From the NCBI RefSeq assembly GCF_009914755.1, contig NC_060926.1: a stretch of 64,000 nt of DNA. One strand, written 5' to 3'. The position numbers and the translations under genes are program-made. Source of the DNA: the human T2T-CHM13v2.0 reference genome, Homo sapiens. The notes below the pieces were generated by a model. It made no database searches, was not told the DNA's origin, and was given only the letters and a program-made list of their open reading frames with translations. Shown one piece after another: positions 15,407 to 29,533 of this stretch (its first letter is position 1; each line of letters starts with the position of its first letter).

Positions 15407-16919
15407 TCATGTTCAGAGTTCCAAGCCATCTGCAGTGCAGTGGGGCCAAGTGGTCAGCTGGCTTCCAAAGCAGAGGCTGCTGGTGGCAGGCTGGCCAATG
15501 GCCATATTAACGTTCTATGAGATCTGGATGTTACTGGCTGTCAGTAAGTAATTTGTGTGTGTCTTTGGGAGGTAGGGAATTGGCAGGGAGGAGTAGAAAG
15601 TAGGGGCATTCGACTCTGGTAGAATTGAATATGAAATGAGTGATATGGAGGACACCAAGTATTGAACGTTGCTGCATCAGCATCTGTTTCAGGAAGAATT
15701 CCACAGGGGAGAGGATGAGGTCTCTTTCATGCCTCCATTAATCCCCAAGTTTCATTCACAGCAACACCATGGTTGTTTTCCCTTTTCTGGACCTGCCTGT
15801 CCACCCTCCCCCAGCCCAATTCACTTGGTTAAACGAGTACTCATGACAGCCATGATTGCTGAACACGATTTTGCTCTTGGTTGGAGTTCATTTGTCCAAC
15901 AGCGGCACCTGACCTGGGCTGAGACCATCGGAGTCCAGAAGTAAAACTGAAACTGAGAGAGAGAGAAAGAGAGAGCACACGTGCCCTTTCATAATTCTCC
16001 AAGGGGATAATTATCAGCTTTTTTTTTTTCTCCTGAGCTCAGTTGCAGTCCAGCCTATTTCTTCAAGAATTATAATTAACTCCTCTCTGTTTTTTGCCTT
16101 AGCTAGCCTAAGTAGATTTCTCTTGTTTACAACCCAACACACCCGTATTATGCCCCTCCGTTGTTGCCATTCATGGTATACCAGTTCCATGCCCTGTGGG
16201 AGGTGCTGTCTCTGGCTTGAAAGCCAATGGGCCTCAAGTGTCAAAGAACAAAGGAGCCCAAAAGGCTGGAGCTATTCACCCAAGTCTCCAATTGGTAAGA
16301 AGGGCTACCTGCTTGGCTTTGCTGGACAGTGAGTCCAAGGGGAAGGGTCAGAGATCCCATGGAAAGAGTGATCAGAATCTCTCCAATTCTGTCCTTGAAT
16401 TTCCAATCTCATTGGTGTTTCTAACTGTGCTTAGTAATCTTCATTTACCTGAGTACTCTTCTATTTACAAACTTTTAGTGACTTCCCACTGCTGGCTGAA
16501 GGCCACCCAGACACTGTGACCTGCTGTTTAAGGCTCTCAATGATTTGGCATGATTTTTCAGTTTTACTCCCTAGATGTCTCCACACAAATTTGTACCACT
16601 TTACCCCTAAGAGAACAAATGCTTGCATACCTGGTCCCTTTGCCATTTTGGGCAAGAAGTCTGTACCTGTAAATTTTTCAGGATTTTGATTTATGTTGCC
16701 CTCTCAGAAAAATTTTACAAACATACCCCGCTACCATAGGATAAGAGAAGGCTGCCTTCCTGGTATACTTTAGAACATCAAGCACTATTCTTTGTAATCT
16801 TTGCCAGTGGAATGGGTATTCCTTTGGTTACTAATGAGGCTGAATAGTTATTCATGTATTTCAGGATAATTCTTTTATGTATTGTGTTTTAATGGTCTTG
16901 GCTAGTTTTTCTACTGTGA

Positions 16920-17245
<326 letters not shown>

Positions 17246-17592
17246 GAGAATTCTTTATTAAAGATATCAACTCTTTGTCACATATGTTGCAGAAGCCATC
17301 CTTAACTGATTGTCTTATTTTACTATTGTGTATGGTTTTTGATGTATAGAACTTTATATTTTTAGGAGGGGTAATATATTGCTTTTTTCCTTTGATGGTT
17401 GCTATCTTGGGTTTTTGCTTAGAATGGCTGTTATTTCTCTTTTAATTTTGCTACAGCTTATCTTCCAGCTAGACTGAGGCTTTTTGAGGGAAGGGTTTAT
17501 TTTGTTTCCAAAGTTGTATCCTTTGACTCTACTCTCTGCTCTATTTCAGTGTAAGTGATCCAGAAGGAACAACTAATTAACTTATTGGCTGC

Positions 17593-18581
17593 TGTGGCAG
17601 GCAGCTTTTTAAGATGCCCTGGATGATACATGACTCTTATTATTTACATCCTTGTGTGACCATTTCCCTCTGAATGTGTGCTAGACCAGTGACTTGCTTC
17701 TAATCAATGGAATATGGCAAAAATGATGGATGAGATTAAGCTATGAAGAACTGTGGTTTCTGTCTTATTCCCTTTTTTTTTTTTTAACCATGCAACAAAA
17801 CGCTTATTAACATTTTGAGCAGGTTCAGCTATTACCGAAACTGGTAATTTATAAACTTAAATTGGGGCAAATGGCTTTAGTGCAGAGTAGTGCCATCACT
17901 TGTCACTACGAATGCAAGACTGAAGAATTAATAGCCACCCCTCAGATGGAGGACCAGGTGCAGGGCTGACTCTTTCTGAATGTTGTAGTCACAAACAGTG
18001 CAGCCATCTTCTAACTGCTTGCCTACAAAGATGAGACTGTGCTGGTCAGGGGGGATGCCCTCTTTAACATGGATCTTGGCCTTCACATTTTGGAGGATGT
18101 CACTTGGCTCCACCTCCAGGGTGATGGTCTTGCCGGTCAGGGTTTTCAGGAAGATTTGCATTTTGACCTCTTGGAGGATGCGAGGAAGCTGCAGATCACC
18201 AATCACATTCAGCCACTGGAATGCCTCCAGACGCTCGCCATTCAACAAGGCCATTCGCCACTCTGTTCCCTCTTTCTTACTTGTTCCTCATGATGCCTAC
18301 AGCTGTGTGAGGCCCACATGATGAAGAACAGAGGGCAGCTTCTAGCCAACCCCCAGTGAGGAACTGAATTCTGCCAACAACCACATGAGTGACCTTGGAA
18401 GCACATCCTTCCCCTGCTGAGCTTTGAGACGACAGCAGACCTGGCGGCATGAGAGAGAACCTGAGCCCCAGGACCCAGAAACATGGTGCCCAGATTCCTG
18501 ACCCAATATGAAATAACAAATGTTGTTTTAAGCTGCAAAGTGTTGGAGTAATTTGTTACATGGCAATAGATAATTAATACA
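17593..18581 (+). mobile_element. MLT1-type LTR split by the UBB retrocopy
   Basis: 5' half 17593-17770 (gtgacttgcttctaatcaatggaatatggcaaaa); 3' half 18256-18581 (ttctgccaacaaccacatgagtga...taatttgttacatggcaatagataattaataca). Confidence 0.75.
17773..18255 (-). pseudogene. Processed UBB (polyubiquitin-B) retrocopy with one ubiquitin unit (possibly the copy named UBBP3; name not verified)
   Basis: Poly(A) remnant at 17773-17785; UBB-type 3'UTR (TAATTCTTCAGTC...GCCATTTGCCCCAA...); intronless 5'UTR joined to GGTCAAAATG; ORF 18161-17928 is 62/76 identical to ubiquitin and ends in GGY-stop. Confidence 0.93.
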
Positions 18582-21127
18582 AGTGTTTAGTTCTTCTAGT
18601 CTTTGGGTATTTTTCTTTCACTTCTGTTGAAGAAAACCCCATTCCATTTACTGCTTCAAAAAGTAAAGTGGAATCTCTACAGGGAACCCCATCAACTTTG
18701 GAAATCTCAAGTGTCTTTATGGAACATATTTACAAGCAACTGATTTGCTGAGGTTGCGGCTGTGTATTGCCATTGTGGGTAATGGAAAACATGTTTCTAT
18801 TCATTTTTCCTTCCCACAGCCTCTGAGGAGGATGGAGCTGGTGACTACAGGAGACCCTTTAGTTTTGCTGAACACAGTGATAGGTTTGGGGCTGCAAACT
18901 TGGACAGAGCTGGGATACATGGACTGGCTCTGTCTGCATCTGGGAGGAAGAGTCCAGGGGAAGTCAGGACATGGGAGAGAAGAGTGATGTGGGATGTCAG
19001 GAGAGAAAGGGACCTTCTGTGGCTGCATGATGGGGATGGGACTCTGGAGACTGTGGGGTGTGCGATAGAAATCCCTCATCTGTGTTTCCTGGTGCATTTT
19101 AGTAAGTTTACATGACTTCTTAATACATCCCTGCAAGTGGATGTTTAGAAGAGCTACCAATGTTGAATTCTTATCCAAATGGGGGCATGAATGAATTAGA
19201 CACAGTTTCTGGAAGATGAGGGAATAGCTGACATGCAGGTCATGCGGGGTCAGCCCTGAGGCAGGCAGGGGGCTTTGAAGCCCCTTGCCTCCTGTATCTC
19301 AGCTCCTCACTGGGCCCAGTGCCTCGTGCCTGCATGCTGCCCTGAGATTGCCAATGCTCATTCACAGGTGCCCTCACCCTACCACCAGGACACAGAGCTT
19401 GGCTTTTCTCCCTCCTTTCCTGTCCCTCCTTAGACTCAATGTTTTGCCGTCTTATTTTTCCAGAGCCCTGACTTTTTTTTTTCCAGTAAGAATGACTACC
19501 AAACTGGAGGTTTAATCTAGCAACATGAATCTCAGTCAATGTGTCAGCTCTCCTGGAAGAGAAAGGGCTTTTTCTTTCTGATCAGCTAACGTCATGCTAA
19601 AGGGATGTGATAATCTTTACTTCTTCCCCACTGAGGCTGGGTTATCTGGCCGTCTTGAACTGAGGTGACAACTTTTGAAAGACATCCAGATTTTCTACTC
19701 TATGGCAACAGATTATTTCTGCAAGTTTTAAAGGCATTTTTAAACATCTTTAAAACCATTTTTTATCTGCTCATTTGGTTTTTAATCTTCACTAGGGTCA
19801 GATATTTTTTGTACTTATAGGAATGGCGCTGGGCCCGGGCAATCAGAAATGATTAGACCCACATGGTAACCTGCAGACCCCAAGGTTTGAGTTAAATGGC
19901 TATCCCAGAGGCTGCCGAAGATGGGGAGCTGATGTGAAAATTGAAGCAATTACCCAGATCACTCAGGCAGAAGAATGTCTGAGGCTTTTTTTCCCTTGAA
20001 CAATCCAGATAATTGCTTCAATTTACACTTCTTACTGGTGGTGGAGATGGGTACAGACATAGCTCTCCAGGAATGGGCTGAATAGAGGGAAACGGTGCTT
20101 GGAAAATGAGTCTGATAACTCAGGGGGAGAAAACACTGGGAAAAATTCACATGCTTCGGCCTTGATTTCTACCAGCCTCAAGCAAGTCAAAGTGAGACTG
20201 TTCATTGTTGCCTGAGTGATCTAGGTAATTCTCTATTTTGTGTTTCATCTTCACAACGAAGCTTTTCGGGCCGTGCAAGTGTTGCTGGTGGAGACAGCTG
20301 AATAAATCATGGCTGGGAACTTCAGGTTTGAGACCCTTACCCTGTGCTGGCTGGTGAGTTTCCCAGTTCATTAACCACTCTTGAAGGACCTGCAAATCCT
20401 TGCTGTGAGGAGGCCTTACAGGTCAGGAAGGAGAGGGGGCAGGTAGGCGCTCTCCTTGCAGAGCTTACTACACCTGTTAATGTAACTATGAGTAAAAATC
20501 AAGGTAGCAGGACTTCATGATTCCCTGAAGCAGATGGTTCATTTACTGAGACCCTCAGGGATTCATTTCTGCAACCGAAAATCCACATTTGTTAAAACAA
20601 TGGAATGACGAATGTATCAAAGATTTATTGAGTTGCTACTTTGTGCCTGGCATTATGCCAGACCTTGGAATAATCACATAATTTCATATTAATACAGGAT
20701 TTTTGTTTTCTTTTCTCGTGTTTTCTTGGTGGGGGTAGGGGAATGATTCGTTTGATCTCTTTACAGCCTCTTCCAGACTTTATTTCCAATGCATTTTCTC
20801 AAATATTTCTCTTTTCATTCTCACTTATCAAGAGTAGATAATATTTTTAGCACCGTTTCAACAGATGGGATAAAAAAATAAACATTCAGAGAAGTTCAGT
20901 ACATTTTCCAAAGTCACAAAATTTGTTAGCAGCTGACCTGGAATGAAAAATAAAGGATCCTGAACCAAAGGCTCCATCTGCAATGCAACATCATTTCTTT
21001 CAGGTTCGTTACTGATTCATTTGTCTTTGCCATTATCATGATTGTGATGGATATGGATTGATCATCCAGAAAGTATTTATCAAGCATGTAAATAAGATAT
21101 GATACCCACAACATAAAGAAGCAAGAT

Positions 21128-21152
21128 ACACACACACACACACACACACACA
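21128..21152. repeat. (CA)n microsatellite
   Basis: Read directly; similar tracts at 8316-8360, 25522-25557 and 50203-50234. Confidence 0.95.
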
Positions 21153-21325
21153 CCCCAACAGCATGAAGAATACTGTGAGGTGAAAAGAACTAGAGAAGAG
21201 TATTGGACAATATGAAAGTGATTGCAGGGCAGGCAGAAATCAGATGCTGAGTCACAGGGACCAATGACTTGAGAAGAAAGAGAGCCCTGTGGGCTAGAGC
21301 TGTTCAGAAAGATTCCTTTAAATTC

Positions 21326-21487
21326 TATTTTTTTTAAATTGTGGTAAAATACACACAACATAAAATTTACCGTTTAACCATCTTAAGGTGCACAATTCAG
21401 CGGCATTAAGTACATTCGCAACATCATGCAACCATCACCTCTATCTAGTTCCAGCACTTTCTCATTACCCCAGATGGAAACCTCTGT
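21326..21487 (-). mobile_element. Short L1MB-like 3' end
   Basis: ttgtggtaaaatacacacaacataaaatttacc...cggcattaagtacattc. Confidence 0.8.
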
Positions 21488-22217
21488 AATCAGGAAGATT
21501 TTGTAGAAAGTTTGGTAGAATCTTGAGGGATAGCTAAGATTTAGAGAGGCAGACAGGTGAGAGGAAATCCACAGGGCATATTAGAGTGTGAGCTGATAGC
21601 ACATGTACAGTGTCTGGAGCATGGTGAGGACTGCAGGGCTTTGTGGAGGAGAGTGCTGTGCAGTAGGTTTGGGTGACTCCCATGGACTTTCCCTGTATAA
21701 CAGCAGGTTTGCCTTTCCCTTTCTCTTTCAGGATCACCTTCCTTTAACATGTTCGGAGGAAGAAGCGTTGGTCTCACATCCTCCCAAGGGAAGCCCACCT
21801 CTCCTCTGTGGTTGCATTCAAAACCCTCTTTCAGCTTTGCTGTGGAATGGCTACTCTGTCTGATCTTATCACTGCTGCATCTCTGGGATTCTGGTCCTCC
21901 TGCAACACGATGCTGCTGTTGCTGCTGGCACCGCTGCCATGTCCATCTCAGCCAGGAGCTGGTGGGGCAGGAGACTGTTTTTGTCTTTGCCTTGGGCTGT
22001 AATTCCTTCAAGCACCACTGACAGACTGAGGGGTGCAGAGACTTCACTGGAGGAGACTTTATCATGGGGGAAAATCCTCAAAACTAGGTTCCATTTTTCA
22101 CTTTTCCCAGAGTCCAAGGGTCCAGGATCATCCACAAGACACAATACTCCTCACCAGTACATTTTCTGGATGTTATTTATGGACCAATAAATTTTGAATT
22201 GACAGTGGCATCTAGAT

Positions 22218-22735
22218 CAGTGCTGTTCAATAAAAATATCTCATGAGCTACATATGTAATTCAAACATTTCTGGAAGTCAATGTAAAAAAGGAAAAAGAA
22301 ACACAGGTGATGTTTTATTCAATTATTTAATATATTTTATTTAACCCAATATATCCAAAGCATTTCCATTTCAACATGTAACCAATAAAAATAATTATTA
22401 ATGAAATATTTTACAGTCATTTTCACACTGTCTTCAAAGTCCTGTTTGTATTTTACACTGACTGCTCATTTTGTTATGGACATTAAATTTTTATTAGAAA
22501 TACTTGATCTGTGTTTAGATTTTATAAAATTTACAGTTGAAAATGTGGATTTACCAAGTTGTTCTAAACACACTTAAAAGTTTCCAATAACTCAATCAGG
22601 TATCACCTTCTAAATTTAAATTGTAATTAATTAAATGAAATAAAATGAAAAATTCAGTTTCTCAGTCATACTCAACCCATTTCAAGTGCTCAGTAGCTAT
22701 TTGTGGCTAGTAGCTATTGTCTTGGACCATGCAGA
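22218..22735. mobile_element. hAT-Charlie (MER33/MER3-like) DNA transposon remnant
   Basis: cagtgctgttcaata start; tcaagtgctcagtagcta...gtggctagtagcta...ttggac end; tctaga-containing target on both sides. Confidence 0.7.
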
Positions 22736-23469
22736 TCTAGAAAGTCTAAGACCAACAGCACCAACTAATTGCCACGATTATTTGATTTGCTTTGTGTCCA
22801 AAGATGATTCCAGGTTAGTCCAATGATAAAAATCCTTGGCTTGACCGTCAAGTTTTTTGCATGATTGGATCCTAAATTGCCTTTTGACTGAATTGCTTAT
22901 TAATTCCACTCTAGTCACTCAGGCTTCCTCACTGTTTTTGGGCACGTAAACTTAACGTGCACTGTGACTCTTGCTGTCCTCCACCTTCAAGATTTAAAGA
23001 ACAGGCAAGTTTATTGGCTCATGAACAAGAAGTCTAGAGCACAGTGGGCTTTGGTTTTGGTGGATCCCAGTGGCTTGATCATGTCACCAAGGACCCAGCC
23101 TCATGGTTTTTGTCATATGCATCTTTGGCTTCATCTCTGGTCTAGTTTTCCAAGAAGTCATAGAGTATTTCCTATAGCAATTGGAGCTGGATGTTATCCT
23201 CCAGCTGGAGATGGAAAGGCAGAGTAACACAATTTCTTTCCAAAAATTTGGCAAACTTTTCCTTTTGTCTCCTTGACATTTATCTTGCTCATCCCTGAAC
23301 CAGTCACTGGGAAAAAGAATGGGGTGGTCACGTTTGACTGAGGCTAATCAAGACCCATTCTTGTATTTGGGAACAATTCTCCAAACCACATTCTTCCTAC
23401 ACAATAGGAGAAGGGGGAAACACATCATCTCAATAACCAAAACACCTCTTTTTGGTTTTTCACTTCTTT

Positions 23470-24347
23470 TATCTTTTTTTATTGTGGTAAAATAGATACA
23501 ACATAAAATGTACCATTTTAACCATTTTAAAGTGTACGGTTCGGTGGCATTAACTATGATTACACTGTTATGCAGTCATCACCATCATCTATCTCTAGAA
23601 TATTTTCCATCTTCCTGAACTGAAATTCCATACCCATTAAATAATAACTCCCCATTCCCTCTCCCTCCCGTATCCTGGCAACCACCATTCTACTTCCTGT
23701 CCCAGGAACTTGACTACTCTAGGTACCTCATGTAAGTGGACTCATATAGCATTTGCCCATTTGTGACTGGCTTATTTTCACTTAGCATAATGTCTTCAAG
23801 CTTCATCTATGTGGTAGCATAAGTTAGTACTTCTTTTTAGGGCTGAATAATATTCCATTGCATATATACACCACATTTTGTTTACCTATTCATCAGTTGA
23901 TGGACATTTGGGTTGCTTCCATCTTTTGGCTATTGTGAATACTGCTGCTATGAACACAAGTGCACAGATACCTGTTTGAGTACCTGATTTCAATCTTTTT
24001 GGGGGTATATACCTAGAAGTAGAATTGCTGGATCATATGGAAATTCTATTTTTAATTTTTTGATGAACCACCATACTTTTTTCCATAGCAGTTGTACCAT
24101 TTTACATTCCATTAACCATGCACAAGAGCTTTTATTTCTTCATGTCTTGGTCAACACTTCTTTTCTTTTCTTTCTTTCTTTTTTTTTTTTGGTAGTAGCC
24201 ATTCTAATGGGTGTGAAGTGGTATCTCATTGTGATTTTGATTTGCATTTTCCTGATGATTAGTGATATTGCATACTTTTTATGTGCTTATTGGCTATTTG
24301 TATATCTTTTTTGAAAAAATGTCTTTTCAAGTCCTTTGCCCATTTTT
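23470..24347 (-). mobile_element. L1MB-like 3' region, left half of the host L1
   Basis: Antisense L1 3'UTR and ORF2 end (gtgaagtggtatctcattgtgattttgatttgcattttcctgatg), stopping at gtcctttgcccattttt. Confidence 0.88.
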
Positions 24348-24868
24348 TTTAACAACTGGCGATCAATTTATTAAAATAGTTGACTTAAGCATCTCCAATG
24401 ATGACTTCCACCTCAACTCCTGGCTCCATACTGATGGAAGTAATCTGCTTAATCTCAGAAGGGCTGTGCAAGTCAATGAGTTGCTTGTGGATTCTCATCT
24501 GGAAATGATCCCATGTCTTAGAACCTTCACCAAAAGGAGTTTTTCTTGTAGCGATTCTCGAAGTCTTAGTAGGCATTTGAACTGGTCCTTTCACTTTGAG
24601 ATTCCTTTCCTTTGCTCCTCTGATCAAGTCAGCACACACCTCCTCCAGGGATTTTAAGCTGTGGCTCATAAACAGTGATTCGAATTCAGTGAATTGCCAC
24701 CTCCGGCTCCAAGGGTGTTTTTCCAGTATCTTTAAAAGCCACAGCTGCTGCGTGGCTTCCTGACCGACTGGTTCCTTGGCGAGAGCAACAGCAGTGAGTC
24801 AGGAGCAGGAGCAGAAGCGGGCAGACCACAGCTCGGCACCACTTTCGACGGTGTCTTCCTCAAAGAGC
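24348..24868 (-). pseudogene. Processed RPS20 (uS10) pseudogene
   Basis: Peptide [30 protein letters not shown]...[12 protein letters not shown]...[10 protein letters not shown]. Start codon is GTG (24742-24740), with an early CGA>TGA and a frameshift. 5'TOP-like CTCTTTGAGGAAGAC; AATAAA at 24372-24367. Confidence 0.95.
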
Positions 24869-24874
24869 TCTAAC

Positions 24875-25195
<321 letters not shown>

Positions 25196-25521
25196 TAAAT
25201 AGCTTATTTACAAAGCACTCTATGCTTCAGGTCAAACATTTGTCAAGCATCTGCAATATGCCAAGAACTATACAGATTTCATTACCTAATTTTAAAATTA
25301 AATTAAGACCCAGAGAGGTAATAGGATCTATATAAGAATGCTCGAAATAGTGAAAATAGCCCTGTATCTGGAGGTTTAGCTCTGCCACTATCATGATTTC
25401 TACTGTACAATATACCCATGCAAGTCACTTTAAATTATTTCATAGGTTAAAGGCCTTTTTACTAAAAAAGAAAGAAAAAATTTTAAATTAAGTCCTTACT
25501 CGTGCCAGGACCTGTGCTAAA

Positions 25522-25558
<37 letters not shown>

Positions 25559-26038
25559 ACGTTTCTCATTTAAATCTCCTGAAACCTCTGTAAGATAGGT
25601 TCTGTTATTATCCCCATTTTACAGATGGAAACATGAGCTTAGAAATGCTAAGTCACTAGCTAGAAATAATGCAGCTAGTAGGTGACAATTATTTGAATAG
25701 AGTCTGACATCAGAGACTGTACTCTTTAAAGCACACACACAGTATTTGGATACTCTTGTATCACAGATAATATAGGGAATTTCAACATGTAAAACAATTC
25801 AATTAGTTCACAATTTTAGTCAATTTGGTACATATCATTCACATGCTTATAAACAGAAAATAATAGGAAAAATCAGTCAACAAACACCTGGGGAGAGAGG
25901 GAAAAGGCAACTTCATTTCTCTTTTGATAGGATTCTAAATACCACAAATAGGAGAAAACAGCCAAATCAAAAGTTAGGAAATCTGTAACTTCAACCTTCA
26001 TAAAGCGTAAAGTGTGTCTTTAAGAAGCAAAGATTTAG

Positions 26039-26391
<353 letters not shown>

Positions 26392-26613
26392 CTGTTCTCC
26401 TTTTTCTTTCTTTTGCCTATTAAACCTCTGCTCTTAAAACGCACCTCCCCCTCTGGCCCTGCCCCCCCCCAAAAAAAGAGGCAAAGATTTAAAAAGTTAA
26501 CAGGAAAAGACTACTTTATCACATTTAGCTTGAATGCTAAGTAGTAACATTTACTAAGGTCCACAGTTTACTGCTTACTACACAGTTTACCACTTTACTA
26601 CACAATAACCCAC

Positions 26614-27334
26614 CCTGGACTGATGGCTTCTTCAGGAACACTGAGAGAATGTAAAATACAGGAATCCTGATAATTCTGCATTCTTCGAGCAATCATTATA
26701 ATCAAGCTGATGTTTTTATCCGTCATCATTGTGTATAGTTCCTTTGTTGTAATTGCTCCTTTCTCTTTGGTCTCACATTTTTTCACTCTTTTCACCATTG
26801 CTCTTTTGGGTTTTGTCTTTGGAATCCAATACATTCTCCAAAGAAACTTTAGCCAATGTGCCACCATCCTCTCTTCCTGTTTCCTGCCTTTTTTGTTGTA
26901 GTTGCTGTGCTTCCTTCTGCCTGTCCTTTTCCTCAAGTTATTTCCGGACTTCAGCTTCTTTATATCTTAGTTTAAGGCTCTCAGAGAGTCTTTCAGCTTC
27001 TTCAATGGCTTTTTTGATGTTTGCAGTTCCAAGTATTGAATGGACGTAATCCTCTTAGTGCTTATTTTCTCTGGTTTAACTTCTGTCTTCTTATTGAGGT
27101 CTTTTAGTGAAGAACTCAGGTAGAGTTCTTTAGGAACTAAAGCCACAGCAGGCATGGTGAATTATCTTTACTTTTCCACGTTCACGATAGATGCTATATT
27201 TCCTTAAAAGTAGTTTTTTCCGTGGCGTCGGGTGCGCTTCACTAACACCAGCCTTCTTGCCAAAGGCCCATCTCCCAAGAACTCGAGGGAGAATTAGCCT
27301 TGGCTACCAAGATGGAATCCAGCCCAGCTCATCA
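26614..27334 (-). pseudogene. Processed USP8 pseudogene, 5' part (spliced 5'UTR and early exons)
   Basis: ATG at 27155 gives MPAVALVPKELYLSSSLKDLNKKTEVKPEKISTK; later frames give EEAERLSESLKL and [28 protein letters not shown]...[10 protein letters not shown], matching recalled USP8. No introns; nonsense and frameshift changes present. Confidence 0.93.
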
Positions 27335-27882
<548 letters not shown>

Positions 27883-29460
27883 TGAATCCTACTTAGCCCA
27901 TTTCCTATATTAAGCCTTCTCAGACAACACTGAGAACTTCATCCTCTGTACTCCCACTAGTTTCTAAGCTGCCTGAGGGCGATGACTTATTTTGCAACCT
28001 CCCTTCAAATGAGAGGCCCTACGTTATCTCCCTTGAAAAGGGTTCACTTAATAAATCTAAGTTTACAGAGTGACAGCAAATGCCATTTGCTCAGTTAATA
28101 GCTGATGAATGAACAGATGAACGAATGAATGATGACTGAACACAGTGACACACAGATACGTCTCTGTCCACTTGAGATAATCCTGACCTCCTCAGATAAA
28201 CCAGTGTATGCAAGGTTCTGGGCATCTTCTGGTGGGCTCAGGGAAACTGAGAATTGGATTGTCCTCTCTAGTATATTATGAAGTTGATCATTTAAGATGA
28301 TGGGTCTCTGAGCCAGAGCCTGAGAATTACTTAATTTAAAAACAGATGAGAAGGTGGCACCTGGGTCTTTTTAATCTACTTCCACTGCACATGAGGAGAT
28401 GAAATAGAACTGGTACTACTTACAAGGGTTTATAAAAGTTGATTTTAGTAGGTCTGTCCTCTCAGCTAGGCAGAGAACACTTGTATTTTCAGGTATTACC
28501 CGAATTTAAGCAACAGATGTGTTCCTAAAATTAACTAACTTATTTGTTTTATGATCATTTGTTCAGCACCCAATAACATCTAACTTTCAAGAGCTTATCC
28601 TATATACATGTCAGGCACCGTGCTAGGTGCTTTAAAAGCATCTGTCTTTTAATTCCCCCAGAAATCACAAGATGATATTATTCCAATGACAGAGATGAGG
28701 AAACTGAGTCTTAAGGAAATTAAGACTTCTTAATTTCCTCCGCTCTTAATTTCCTCCGCCTGTTGGTCATACATCTAATAAGTGGCTGAGGTGGGATTCA
28801 CACTCATGCATTGCTTCTTCCTAGGGTAGAATCCTTATTCAGTATGCTGCCCACTATGTGCTAGATGCTACAGACACAAAGATATCAAGCAGATATCACC
28901 ACCCAAGTGCAGTGCTAGAGACAGGCACAGCAGATTAGGGGAACATCAAGGAGGGCCACCAACTCTTTATAGGTGTTTAGTGAGCTGGGAAAGTCTGAGG
29001 AAGGAGGGTTGAGCTAGGTCTTAGAGGAAAAGGAAGTTCTGGAAAAATAGAGTGGACACTCAGTTGTTCTGCCAGCCCGGCACCATGTCTGGGAATACCA
29101 TCCCTCTTCTTTTGGGAACCTTCCCACCAAGGGATTCCTCCATAATCTTACAAAATCCCTGATTCTGGTTGATTGGTTTAGCACTAGATGCCAACCTAAA
29201 CCAAGGCCAATCAAACCCAAACTCTGAACAGACATCCATCCTTATCTAGTGGTAGAAGTTGAAGGATGAAACCCAGGGGCTATTGGGAGCTGTTTCCCAA
29301 GTGATTTTCTTTTGGGATCAGGATGATCCAGACCCAGTTATCTAGAGATTTTAACCGGAAATATTGGATATGACCTCCATCCGGTTCCGGCTTGGGCAGC
29401 CAGACCGGACTTGCAGGCTCTTGGAGGTCGCATCCTGTCCTTCCCCCGGCAGGTAGAGTG

Positions 29461-29479
29461 ACTACAAGTCCCGGGATGC
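29461..29479 (+). promoter_or_regulatory. ZNF143/THAP11-type promoter motif
   Basis: ACTACAAGTCCCGGGATGC fits the ACTACAnnTCCCrgnATGC motif of CpG-island promoters. Confidence 0.7.
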
Positions 29480-29517
29480 GCAGCGCTCGGAGTCGGGCGG
29501 GGGCCGGGCGGACCTCT

Positions 29518-29533
29518 ACGGTGACGTCACCGT
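29518..29533. promoter_or_regulatory. Full CRE (TGACGTCA, 29522-29529) inside a 16-bp perfect palindrome
   Basis: ACGGTGACGTCACCGT equals its own reverse complement; core is the CREB/ATF consensus; flanked by GC boxes. Confidence 0.75.

Noticed and set aside
21541-22190. Cluster of ORFs including a short poly-Gln run
   Set aside because: No homology recognised and no supportable exon structure.
28561-28580. Possible REST/RE1 site (ttcagcacc)
   Set aside because: Left half-site only; no GGACAG half.
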